Below the pieces are notes generated by a model, which worked only from the letters and a program-made list of their open reading frames with translations, made no database searches and was not told the DNA's origin. A stretch of DNA of 64,000 nucleotides from an uncultured Chlamydiae bacterium. Lineage in GTDB: Bacteria > Chlamydiota > Chlamydiia > Chlamydiales > JAJFMB01. The translations under genes were made by a program, and so were the position numbers. Shown one piece after another: positions 28,660-37,745 of this stretch; the first letter of the stretch is position 1; each line of letters opens with the position of its first letter. Location of the stretch: the NCBI GenBank assembly GCA_963696295.1, contig CAVOJR010000001.1, positions 1,376,001 through 1,440,000 of the forward strand, written 5' to 3'.

Positions 28660-28716
28660 TCTTTTATTGCCTATTCTTGTATTCTGGATTTTCAACAAAA
28701 CAACGGGAGAAAATCC

Positions 28717-29760
28717 ATGTCTCAACCAGATCAAGAACGTAAAAAAGCGCTAGATCTCGCCGTCGGCCACATCAAGAAGCAGTTCGGCGACGGAGCAATC
28801 ATGTCCCTCGGCAAGAGCTCCGCTATGCGCGAAATCAATGTCATAAAAACAGGCGCGCTGGCCCTCGATATAGCCACCGGCATCGGCGGCGTTCCCCGCG
28901 GCCGGATTGTCGAAATCTACGGCCCCGAATCCTCGGGTAAATCCACTCTGGCCACGCACATCGTCGCCAACGCCCAAAAGAGCGGCGGCCTGGCAGCCTA
29001 CATCGACGCCGAGCACGCCCTTGACCCGGGCTACGCCGCCAAGATTGGCGTTAACCTGGATGATTTACTCATCTCGCAGCCGGACAGCGGAGAAGAGGCG
29101 CTAAACATCGCGGAAATGCTCGCCCGCTCGAACGCCGTCGACGTGATCGTGATCGACTCCGTAGCCGCCCTGGTGCCCAAGTCGGAGCTCGAAGGGGATA
29201 TCGGCGACTCCTTTGTCGGCCTGCAGGCGCGCATGATGTCGCAAGCCCTGCGCAAACTCACCGCGGCGCTCTCAAAGAGCAATACCTGCGCGATCTTTAT
29301 CAACCAGATCCGCGAAAAAATCGGCGTGATGTACGGCAGCCCCGAAACCACCACCGGCGGCCGCGCCTTAAAATTCTACTCGTCGCTCAGGCTCGACATC
29401 AGACGCACCGCCTCCATTAAAGGACCGGAAAACAGCGAAATCGGCAACCGCGTCAAAGTCAAAGTCGCGAAGAACAAGCTCGCGCCGCCGTTTAAAATCG
29501 CCGAATTCGACATTCTGTTCGATGAAGGGATCTCCCGCACAGGCTCTGCCATCGACCTCGGAGTAGACTTCGGCATTATCGACAAGAAGGGCGCCTGGTT
29601 CAGCTATAAAGGGCAGCGCCTCGGCCAAGGCCGTGAAGCGGTGAGAGACGAGTTGAAAAAACAACCTTTGCTGCTCGACGAAATTGAAGTGCAAATCATG
29701 AAAAGGATGAAGGAAAACCCGGTGCCAATCAGAGAAACTTCCCCTGCAATGGCGGAATAA
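28717..29760 (+). CDS. recA: Recombinase A
   Basis: [22 protein letters not shown] and [10 protein letters not shown]. Confidence 0.99.
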   Translation: MSQPDQERKKALDLAVGHIKKQFGDGAIMSLGKSSAMREINVIKTGALALDIATGIGGVPRGRIVEIYGPESSGKSTLATHIVANAQKSGGLAAYIDAEHALDPGYAAKIGVNLDDLLISQPDSGEEALNIAEMLARSNAVDVIVIDSVAALVPKSELEGDIGDSFVGLQARMMSQALRKLTAALSKSNTCAIFINQIREKIGVMYGSPETTTGGRALKFYSSLRLDIRRTASIKGPENSEIGNRVKVKVAKNKLAPPFKIAEFDILFDEGISRTGSAIDLGVDFGIIDKKGAWFSYKGQRLGQGREAVRDELKKQPLLLDEIEVQIMKRMKENPVPIRETSPAMAE

Positions 29761-29803
29761 CCGGTGCGGCGGCTCACCCCGGGCCGCCCCTCTTTAAAGG
29801 ATC

Positions 29804-30730
29804 CTAAGCCCCAGAGGTCACCTTAGCCACCTGCTCAGCCAGAAAATCGGCGATCGCCTTCATTTCCGGTGTGTCAATTTTAAGGTTTTTAATCGTTTTT
29901 TGGTACTGCTCGATCTCCTCGTGAAACACTTTAGCCGATTTTTCCACGCCCATAGAAGAAGCAATATTGACTTTGCACTCATTTTCCACATCTTGGGTCA
30001 TGTCGCTCAAGTCATCGGCAATTTGATAGGCCATGCCAAAATGGTAGGCAGCCTTTTTGATAAGATCGGTTTTCTTCAAATCGCCGCCCCCGAACAGCCA
30101 TCCGAACATAAAGGCAATTTCAAAGAGAGAGACGGTCTTTTTTTGGATGATCTCGCGCAGAGTTTCAACTGAGAGGTTTGGAGGGTTCAAATCCAGGAAC
30201 TGTCCGCCGGTAGCTCCATAGAGGCCGGTATTGCGCGTGGCATTGGTTAAAGCAACCAGACAAATCTTATCGTTGCTTAACGCGTGGGGAGCGTTAGAAC
30301 GGGCAAACTCGTCACCACACTTGGCTAGACACTCATAGGCCGCTGATATGAGCGTGTAGGTCACCAAAACGGCCGTAGCTTCGCCATAAACTTTATGAAC
30401 GGTCGGCTTATTGCGTCTGAAGTCCTCATTGTCCATGCAAGGCAGATCATCGGCCACCAAAGACGCCGTATGGAAAAACTCGATGGCCAGAGCTGAAAAA
30501 GACACGTCCGTATCGAAGCCAACCGCTTTTGCCACCATAAAAACAAGAGCCGGACGCAGTCTTTTGCCGCCGTTAAGCAGAGCATATTCGCACGCCTCCC
30601 TTAAAACGCTTTTATCGCCGATGGTGGGCAAATATTCGCGAATTTTTTCATCAGTGATCAATTTGTATTGTGTGAGATTAGATGATATAGATTCAGAAGT
30701 AGAGTTCGAAAATATTTCTTTAAACGGCAT
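29804..30730 (-). CDS. ispA: Polyprenyl (farnesyl/geranylgeranyl) diphosphate synthase
   Basis: GGKRLRP, DDLPCMD, GGQFLDL and QIADD. Confidence 0.92.
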   Translation of the reverse strand: MPFKEIFSNSTSESISSNLTQYKLITDEKIREYLPTIGDKSVLREACEYALLNGGKRLRPALVFMVAKAVGFDTDVSFSALAIEFFHTASLVADDLPCMDNEDFRRNKPTVHKVYGEATAVLVTYTLISAAYECLAKCGDEFARSNAPHALSNDKICLVALTNATRNTGLYGATGGQFLDLNPPNLSVETLREIIQKKTVSLFEIAFMFGWLFGGGDLKKTDLIKKAAYHFGMAYQIADDLSDMTQDVENECKVNIASSMGVEKSAKVFHEEIEQYQKTIKNLKIDTPEMKAIADFLAEQVAKVTSGA

Positions 30731-30784
30731 AGCTACCTAACTTTTTTGTAAAATCGGTATTATAAAGAAAAAAATCATTCCGCT

Positions 30785-31480
30785 CTAGCTAATTTCGAAT
30801 AAGGGAAGCGCGGTTGGTTTAAAATTATTTTTCACAACGTGTTGAGAAGGGATGAAGCCGCCGACATTCAGGCAGGGATGGCAGTAAGAAGAGGGGCCGA
30901 ACAAGGTTCCCGGATTAGTGACCGCATTGCAGCCAATTTGCGCCTTATCGCCGATGATAGCGCCGAATTTGCGTAAGCCCGAATCCACCTTTTCGTCGTT
31001 AAAATAAATAATTACATTATCATGCGCGAGTTTGAGATTGGCCAATTTCGTCCCGGCACCCAAGTTGCAGTGATTGCCCAAGATAGAATCGCCGACATAG
31101 GCAAAGTGGGCGGCCTGCGCATGATCCAAAAAGATAGCGTTTTTCACCTCGGTATCATGGCCGATGACGCAGCCGTTTCCGGTGATACAATCGCCCCGGA
31201 TGTAGGCGCCGTGACGCACCACGCAATTTTCGCCGATCAAGCAAGGCCCTTTAATATAAGCCCCCGCCTCGACGACGCTGCCTTTGCCGATCGAGATTTT
31301 CTCCGGATGAATCAAAAAGGCTTTGGAAGAAACATCTCCTTCGATATTTCCAAGAGGATAAGATTTCAAATATTCCGAAATCTCTTTAAGGGCATTCCAG
31401 ACAAAGCGCTCTTCTTTAAAAAGCTCTTTATGTTTAAAGTGGGATAGGTCGAAAAAGTAATCGGCTTGAAAATGGTCCAT
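30785..31480 (-). CDS. GlmU-related left-handed beta-helix acetyltransferase
   Basis: Hexapeptide repeats, HFAYVGDSILG and NLGAGT; no nucleotidyltransferase domain. Confidence 0.85.
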   Translation of the reverse strand: MDHFQADYFFDLSHFKHKELFKEERFVWNALKEISEYLKSYPLGNIEGDVSSKAFLIHPEKISIGKGSVVEAGAYIKGPCLIGENCVVRHGAYIRGDCITGNGCVIGHDTEVKNAIFLDHAQAAHFAYVGDSILGNHCNLGAGTKLANLKLAHDNVIIYFNDEKVDSGLRKFGAIIGDKAQIGCNAVTNPGTLFGPSSYCHPCLNVGGFIPSQHVVKNNFKPTALPLFEIS

Positions 31481-31524
31481 GGCCCAATTTTAGGGGATTG
31501 AGGATATATTGCAAATGCTTTTCG

Positions 31525-31751
31525 CGAAAGCTTCCACACCGGTTTACTTATTATTAATGTATCTATATACTCTCTATTTCTTTTTCTTTAGAGGCTGTGG
31601 ATATGTTCACAACCGGGCTTCGCGCTCTTGGAAAAAGAGCTGTTGATGACTCATCGATAGCTTGTCTGTAACTTGCGACTTATGCACAAAAAGGGCTTAT
31701 GAACATTTCAGCGGTCAAAAACATCAACAGAAAAAGGGGGGGTTATGAACA
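31525..31751. other. Candidate chromosomal replication origin (oriC)
   Basis: DnaA-box-like sites: TTATGCACA 31680, TTATGAACA 31697 and 31743, TGTGGATAT 31596, TGTTGATGA 31641, GCTTCCACA 31530. AT-rich tract at 31543-31590; apparent C>G to G>C skew change nearby. Confidence 0.65.
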
Positions 31752-32422
31752 GTCCTAAATTGGCTTCAGATATCCTTGCGAGGCGGCAGCTGCTGCCTGA
31801 AAAGCCCTCCTCGATCACACTCACCGGAAACCATGTCTATCTAACCCCTCTTATAATAGAGCGCGACAGCAAAGCCCTCTTTGAAGTATCTAACGGGGCG
31901 CCCATCGCCCTAAAAGAGCGCTCACATAACGCCTACGATGCCAATGAGCTCATTTGGCGTTATATGTTTGACGGTCCCTTTGAAAACGCTGCGGATTTTG
32001 CAGCGAGCCTGCTACCCTATGTCAATGCTTCTAATGGTTTGTGCTTTTGTGTTTTCGATAAAGCCTCGCAAAAGCCTGTGGGAGTGGCTAATTTGATGAA
32101 TAACAGCCCGGCGCACCTAAAGATAGAGTTGGGAGGAATCTGGTACAGTCCTATTGTGCAACGAACCGCAACGAACACCGAATCGGTCTATTTGATGCTG
32201 AATCACGCCTTTGATTTAGGTTATCGCCGGGTCGAGTGGAAATGCGACGCGCGCAACGAGCGCTCCCGCAAAGCCGCCCTGCGTCTGGGATTTCAGTTTG
32301 AAGGCATTCAGGAAAGCCACATGATTATGAAGGAGCGGAACCGGGATACCGCCTGGTTTCGGATCCTGGAATCAGAGTGGCCCGCCGTCAAAAAGAAGCT
32401 TCTCCATCTTGTAATTGATTAA
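31745..32422 (+). CDS. GNAT acetyltransferase (RimJ/RimL-like)
   Basis: IELGGIWY, GYRRVEWKCDARN.RS, LGFQFEG and RNRDTAWF. Confidence 0.9.
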   Translation: MNSPKLASDILARRQLLPEKPSSITLTGNHVYLTPLIIERDSKALFEVSNGAPIALKERSHNAYDANELIWRYMFDGPFENAADFAASLLPYVNASNGLCFCVFDKASQKPVGVANLMNNSPAHLKIELGGIWYSPIVQRTATNTESVYLMLNHAFDLGYRRVEWKCDARNERSRKAALRLGFQFEGIQESHMIMKERNRDTAWFRILESEWPAVKKKLLHLVID

Positions 32423-32600
32423 CTCCACATCATTTCGAACAATCGTTTGCTCGCAAACTTTTTTGCCCACCCCTTCCCCTCCAGACTCGCTGCCGGCGCC
32501 CAAACATCCACCTGTTCCTTTGTATAGTGCCGGGAGTTGATCAAATGAATGGTGTTGTAGTAGATTTCAGCCAACACTCGAGTATCACCGGGCTTTTAAG
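32419..32600 (-). pseudogene. N-terminal fragment of a YafP-like GNAT acetyltransferase
   Basis: GDTRVLAEIYYNTIHLINSRHYTKEQVDVWAP..., then terminates after about 55 codons. Confidence 0.55.
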
Positions 32601-32714
32601 AGTTTGTTTCTAATTAAGTTATAACACGCGCTCTATTTTTACAATAAACCACTTTGTTTGAATTTCAGTTTTTTGATATTCTGGCGTCCCCTTCAAAATA
32701 CGGGAGATTAACCC

Positions 32715-33539
32715 ATGAAAAAAGATTTAGCTGAAATTACTCATCATCAAACTTTTGAATCACTCAAACAAGAAGAGGATGGATGTGAATATTGGAGTGC
32801 TCGAAAGTTGGCAAAGGCTCTCGAATATTATGAATATCGGAATTTTCTTCCAGTGATTGATAAAGCGAAAGAAGCCTGTAAAAACAGCGGATATGATATT
32901 GAAAACCATTTCGTGGATGTCCACGAAATGGTCGATATAGGTTCTCAGGCAAGACGGCAAATATCAGATGTAAGACTATCTCGCTATGGCTGTTATTTGA
33001 TTGTTCAGAATGGAGACCCAGCAAAGCCTGTTATCGCCAACGGCCAAACGTATTTTGCTATACAAACACGCCGTCAGGAACTTGCTGATAACCAAGCTTT
33101 TCAGCAACTAAAGGAAGAGGAGAAGCGATTGCTGCTTCGAAGCGAACTTAAAGAACATAACAAACAACTAGTTGAAACAGCCCAACAGGCTGGTGTAGAG
33201 ACGCCTCTTGATTTTGCCGTTTTTCAAAACCATGGCTATAAAGGTCTTTATGGAGGGTTGGATGCAAGGGGAATTCATCATCGTAAGGGATTAAAAAAGA
33301 GTCAGAAGATTTTAGATTACATGGGAAGCACAGAATTAGCTGCAAATCTCTTCAGGGCCACACAAACGGAGGACAAACTTCGCAGAGAAAATATCAAGGG
33401 AAAAATCAAAGCGAACAAAACTCACTATGAAGTAGGCAATAAAGTGCGTCAAACCATCAAAGAGTTAGGCGGCACTATGCCTGAAGACTTGCCGGTAGCG
33501 CAAAAAGGGGTTGGTAAGTTAGAAAAGAAATCTGGGTGA
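32715..33539 (+). CDS. dinD: DNA-damage-inducible protein D
   Basis: WSAR.L, LSRYGCYLIVQNGDP, YFAIQTRRQE and GSTELAANLFRATQ. Confidence 0.92.
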   Translation: MKKDLAEITHHQTFESLKQEEDGCEYWSARKLAKALEYYEYRNFLPVIDKAKEACKNSGYDIENHFVDVHEMVDIGSQARRQISDVRLSRYGCYLIVQNGDPAKPVIANGQTYFAIQTRRQELADNQAFQQLKEEEKRLLLRSELKEHNKQLVETAQQAGVETPLDFAVFQNHGYKGLYGGLDARGIHHRKGLKKSQKILDYMGSTELAANLFRATQTEDKLRRENIKGKIKANKTHYEVGNKVRQTIKELGGTMPEDLPVAQKGVGKLEKKSG

Positions 33540-33605
33540 GAGGATTTGAACCTCCGGCCTCTTGCACCCCATGCAAGCGCGCTAGCCAAGCTGCGCTACA
33601 CCCAG
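33531..33605 (-). tRNA. tRNA-Pro (GGG)
   Basis: CTGGGTG/CACCCAG acceptor stem, anticodon arm CTTGC-ATGGGGT-GCAAG, T arm GGTTCAAATCC; CCA not encoded. Confidence 0.95.
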
Positions 33606-33613
33606 ATAGAAAT

Positions 33614-33868
33614 TTAGACGGCAGCGAGACCTTCGAAGCGGAAGTCTGACTTTTTATATTCGCGGACGGCTACGTCGGCGCACTTTTCAATAATCGATTC
33701 CAGCGTGTCGGCGGCGGTAACCTCTGCGGCGGACAGGTCGACGGAAATGGTTGTGCTGAATGCCGAACCACCCTTGATCCCTTTCACGCGGTAGTTGGCA
33801 AAGAGCCCTTCTTTGGTCTTGGTGATTCTGATGAAGCGTACGAGATTGTTGTCCTTAATGTCTTGCAT
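33614..33868 (-). CDS. Small conserved hypothetical protein
   Basis: 84-aa ORF beside tRNA-Pro, a position occupied by a small conserved gene in chlamydiae (recalled, not verified). Confidence 0.65.
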   Translation of the reverse strand: MQDIKDNNLVRFIRITKTKEGLFANYRVKGIKGGSAFSTTISVDLSAAEVTAADTLESIIEKCADVAVREYKKSDFRFEGLAAV

Positions 33869-33985
33869 AGTTCAAACCTTCGAATGTTTCCTGAAATTTT
33901 AGGTAAAGAGACCCATTCTGGTCAATAGGCTTTTTCAGTAAAACTTTGCTTGCCTATTTATTTCGCTTGGCGCAAAATCCTCTCT

Positions 33986-34583
33986 ATGTCTGTTCAAAAT
34001 ATTTATTTTAGTTCCGCTTATGCTCCTTTTCTGGAGAAAATCAAATCTTTGCCCGCCAATGAGAGAACTCAAAGACCGTCCTGAATTGGATAGAAAAAAG
34101 GTATACAGTTTTCATTTTAGCCAACAGACGTCTTTGAATTCGGAATCCTTAAGTATTTATATACAAAACGATGGTATAACCCTCAACCCGCAATAGCATA
34201 CTCTGCATTTATCTCTTGCCTGTTCGGAGAAAATAGCAAAATCCATGCCGAACCTGGAAATTTTGGAGTTGGTTAACGGGGATGATAAAACGATCGCCAC
34301 TTTTGCTGAATGTTGTTCCAAATTATATAAGGTCTCTTTGGTTTCATCCGGGGTCACCCGCGCCGGATTATCGAGTTTGTTTAAGTGTAAGATCGAGAGC
34401 CTCACTTTTGACAGATGCGGAAATATTGTCGACGAGTGTCTCGATGATATTGCGGAACAATGCCCTGATCTGACAAATCTGTCTTTATTGTCTTGTTCGG
34501 GTCTTTCGTCCCAAGCGGTTAACAAAATTTGCGCCATTAAAGAGAAATGCCTGAAGCTCGCAGCCATAATTTATAAGACGTAA
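33986..34583 (+). pseudogene. Disrupted leucine-rich-repeat (FBXL-like) gene
   Basis: The 34245..34583 frame has Cys-containing LRRs (MPNLEILEL, CPDLTNLSLLSCSGLS). Upstream there is an in-frame TAG at 34194 and an ATG 33986 frame that stops at 34084. Confidence 0.5.
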
Positions 34584-34640
34584 GATTTACAAAAAAAGGG
34601 GGTTTTTTGTAAGATTACCTCCTTTTTTATGGGGAGGACC

Positions 34641-35492
34641 ATGGCAGCTATCGGTTATTGGGAAGCTTCGGCATTTCTCTTGGATCCCTACACGTCACAA
34701 CTTCTGGGTATGAAAAACCCGGTTTATTCGGCCGAAGAGCATTTGTACAGGATTCAACAGAGTTCGATCATTGAAAAAGTGGCCGCTATCGCCTACGCGG
34801 TGCTTCACCATATCCGGTCGCTGCTATCCGGCAGCTATAAAGCGGAATTTTTGCGGAAAGCGCAAGTCGTTCACAATGCCTTTCTCCCCCAACCCGTTGA
34901 GATAATCAAAACAGCCGATCAATCTTCTGAATTAAACGATATGTTGACAAAGGGAATGTCAAAAGGTTTCGCCGAAGCCTTTGAAACGCTCATAAAAAGA
35001 GAAAATGTGGTAAAGCTGGAAAAGTTTATGGGGACATTTATAACTTTAAAAGAAGCGGTAAAATTGAGCATCAAGACGGATGAACCCGATTTGCTCGGGG
35101 GAAAGATTGTCTTAATGCTCGGCGTTGAAAACAAACAGGTGCATTTTCAGCTGGCAAAGGAACAAGTCACCAAAAGCAGCAAGCCCAAAAATATGGGAGA
35201 CGATGAATTTCAAAAACTGCTGGGCAAGCCCATCACCCGCATGATCTTTAAGAACGGTTTTCAGAGCTGCGTCAACTATAATGGCGTTTGGCCGATCGGG
35301 GGGTACCAATACCCGAAGGTGGCCGAGATTGGCTATATTGACGATGAGCACGTTCTAATAAAGGGAACGATGGACTTAATGGTCGGCACCTGGGAGGAAA
35401 GCCCCCGCATACATACGATCGCCGATTTGAAGGCGAATTGGAGCCAGGGAAAGGCGGTCGCAGATGAAAAAGCGGAACTTAAGGTAAAATAA
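34641..35492 (+). CDS. Hypothetical protein
   Basis: Long ORF with GGAGG RBS before ATG 34641; no recognised motif. Confidence 0.7.
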   Translation: MAAIGYWEASAFLLDPYTSQLLGMKNPVYSAEEHLYRIQQSSIIEKVAAIAYAVLHHIRSLLSGSYKAEFLRKAQVVHNAFLPQPVEIIKTADQSSELNDMLTKGMSKGFAEAFETLIKRENVVKLEKFMGTFITLKEAVKLSIKTDEPDLLGGKIVLMLGVENKQVHFQLAKEQVTKSSKPKNMGDDEFQKLLGKPITRMIFKNGFQSCVNYNGVWPIGGYQYPKVAEIGYIDDEHVLIKGTMDLMVGTWEESPRIHTIADLKANWSQGKAVADEKAELKVK

Positions 35493-35494
35493 AT

Positions 35495-36175
35495 ATGGCC
35501 TATACCCCCTTTGTCTTAGAGCCGAGCTGGCAAAAAATCCTGGAAGAGGAGCTGAAAGCTCCCTATATGCTGCAATTGGCGGCCTTCCTGAAGCAGGAAA
35601 GAGCCGGGGGGACGCCAGTCTACCCGCCGGAAGATCTCGTCTTCAACGCCTTTCAAAAAGCCCCCTTTGACAAGGTTAATGTCGTCATAGTCGGCCAGGA
35701 TCCCTACCATGGCCCCGGCCAGGCGCACGGGCTTAGCTTCAGCGTGCCCGCCGGCGTGCCGCCCCCTCCATCGCTTCAAAACATTTTTAAAGAGATTGCC
35801 CAGGATGTGGGGGTGCCTGTCCCTAAGCACGGGTGCCTGACTGCCTGGGCAAAGCAGGGCGTTATGCTGTTAAATGCGACACTGACAGTGCGTCAGGGGC
35901 AGCCGATGTCCCACTTCGGCAAAGGGTGGGAGCAATTTACCGATGCGGTCATTGAGCGGTTAAACGAAAGAGAAGATCCGGTTATTTTCGTGCTTTGGGG
36001 TAATTCGGCCAAAAAAAAGGGGGCTAAAATCAACTCCCGCCACTTCATTTTGACCGCCCCCCACCCCTCCCCCCTCTCGGCGCATAGCGGTTTCTTCGGC
36101 TGCCGCCACTTTTCCAGGATCAACGAGCTATTAAAAAAACAAAATAAAACGCAAATTAATTGGTCAATAGCATAA
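35495..36175 (+). CDS. ung: Uracil-DNA glycosylase
   Basis: GQDPYH, HGLSFS, LLNATLTV and HPSPLS. Confidence 0.98.
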   Translation: MAYTPFVLEPSWQKILEEELKAPYMLQLAAFLKQERAGGTPVYPPEDLVFNAFQKAPFDKVNVVIVGQDPYHGPGQAHGLSFSVPAGVPPPPSLQNIFKEIAQDVGVPVPKHGCLTAWAKQGVMLLNATLTVRQGQPMSHFGKGWEQFTDAVIERLNEREDPVIFVLWGNSAKKKGAKINSRHFILTAPHPSPLSAHSGFFGCRHFSRINELLKKQNKTQINWSIA

Positions 36176-36246
36176 ATTTTATTTATCTAAAATTAAAAAT
36201 AGGTTATTATAATAATAGAGAAAGATAAGTGTGGAGGGGGCCCACA

Positions 36247-36639
36247 ATGGTTATCGAGAAAACAGCCGAGCAAGCATTATCCCAATTGATCAATCAGAAG
36301 GAAGCTCAGATTGCTGTGGGTGATTTTCTGATCTCAATCCGCATCTTTGACAACGCTTCAAAACTCACTTTCTCAACTCCCGTTTTTATGGGAGAAAAAT
36401 ACATTCCTCTGAGCGTAAGAGGGTGTCTCTTCGAGAAATTCCCAGAGCAGACCATTAAGACCTACTTAAGTGTCGACGAGCTCAACTATAGAGTTAATTT
36501 ACACTACCTGGGCACGACGGCTGGTTTGGATTTTGGGAGGTTCAAAGATCTGTTGGAAGAGTTTGCGCAAATTGCGGATTTGTGGAGCAGTTGGTTAGAC
36601 GATCACGATCGGCGCGATTTTGTTTACGTGCGCAAATAA
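36247..36639 (+). CDS. Hypothetical protein
   Basis: About 130-aa acidic ORF after an AT-rich promoter region. Confidence 0.65.
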   Translation: MVIEKTAEQALSQLINQKEAQIAVGDFLISIRIFDNASKLTFSTPVFMGEKYIPLSVRGCLFEKFPEQTIKTYLSVDELNYRVNLHYLGTTAGLDFGRFKDLLEEFAQIADLWSSWLDDHDRRDFVYVRK

Positions 36640-37504
36640 GCGCATAAAAAATGACGCCTTCGTACAATCCCATTAGCGGGATGGCGAGAAGGATTTGCGT
36701 AAAGACATCCGGCGGTGTCAGTATAGCGCTTATGATGAATATGGCAACAATCGCGTGCCGTCTCTTTTTTTTCAGATGATTAGCCGTTAATTTTCCAAAA
36801 TGCACAAGAAAGAGAAGCACGCTCGCGCTTTCAAAAGCAAGCCCGGTCGCCAGCAGCAGAGTCAGCGTGTAATCGAGGTAAAGGCTGAATCCCCATAAGT
36901 TTTCCCCTACATCCTGGTTGAAAGCGGCGAGAAAATGGTTGGCCCAGGGGATGGTGATCGACCAGGCAAAGGAGAGGCCGGCAAAAAAAAGGCTGGTGGC
37001 GAGGAGCCAAAAAGCTGGCAGCAGGCGGGAGGTTTCCCTTTTTAAGGCGGGGGCCACGAAGGTCAGAATCATGTAAAGCCAAATGGGAGAGGTTAGGGCG
37101 ATGGCTGACCAGAGGGTAATTTTTAGGGTAGCGACCATCCCTTCAAGGGGGCTGAAGATTTTGAGAGTGTCTGTTTCTGTGTAAGAGAGTAGCAGAGATT
37201 CTCCCTTTGGCATGAGATAGCATCCCGGCTCCACTTCGGTGATTTTATCTGATTTTTCCAGAATCTGCTCGCTGGAGGAGAGGCGATAGACAGTTTCGCG
37301 GCCTGGATTTGAGAGGCGCTTTTGCTTGACCTCCAGGATATGCAACCCTTTAGGGGCGGCCGGCTGGATGAGATACTGAATCAGAGGTTTATAGAAAAGG
37401 AAAGAGGCAATAAAGCCGAGAGAAACAACAAAAATAATGCGCAGCAGTGTCCGCCTTAAATCTTCCGCATGCTGCCAAAATGTGGCCAACTCTTCATTCA
37501 TCAA
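36542..37504 (-). CDS. tatC: Twin-arginine translocase subunit C
   Basis: TFWQHAEDLR, FVAPAL, GLAFE, AILTPPD and LYE. Confidence 0.92.
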   Translation of the reverse strand: MMNEELATFWQHAEDLRRTLLRIIFVVSLGFIASFLFYKPLIQYLIQPAAPKGLHILEVKQKRLSNPGRETVYRLSSSEQILEKSDKITEVEPGCYLMPKGESLLLSYTETDTLKIFSPLEGMVATLKITLWSAIALTSPIWLYMILTFVAPALKRETSRLLPAFWLLATSLFFAGLSFAWSITIPWANHFLAAFNQDVGENLWGFSLYLDYTLTLLLATGLAFESASVLLFLVHFGKLTANHLKKKRRHAIVAIFIISAILTPPDVFTQILLAIPLMGLYEGVIFYALICARKQNRADRDRLTNCSTNPQFAQTLPTDL

Positions 37505-37512
37505 ATTTCCTT

Positions 37513-37594
37513 GAAACCTGGCCCTTTAGGGCCGGGTCATTCAAATCCGCGTTTGAAACCTTTCCCACATCATTCCCAGGCCTTCAGGCCTGGG
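37513..37594. mobile_element. Paired GC-rich hairpins resembling IS200/IS605 ends (PATE/REP-like mini element)
   Basis: CCTGGCCC-TTTA-GGGCCGGG (37517-37536) and CCCAGGCC-TTCA-GGCCTGGG (37575-37594). Confidence 0.45.
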
Positions 37595-37595
37595 T

Positions 37596-37745
37596 TCATT
37601 TTTCATCTTCATCAATCCCTTGGCTGGCCCGCTTAAATTCCCGGATCCCTTTACCTAAGCTTCGCGCGAGCTCGGGCAGGCGCTTGCCTCCAAAGAGGAG
37701 CAATATTATTCCAAAAATAACGATCAGCTCACCGCTGCCTATCAT
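37596..37745 (-). CDS. tatA: Twin-arginine translocase TatA/E (49 aa, absent from ORF track)
   Basis: MIGSGELIVIFGIILLLFGGKRLPELARSLGKGIREFKRASQGIDEDEK*; GGAGGTG RBS. Confidence 0.93.
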   Translation of the reverse strand: MIGSGELIVIFGIILLLFGGKRLPELARSLGKGIREFKRASQGIDEDEK

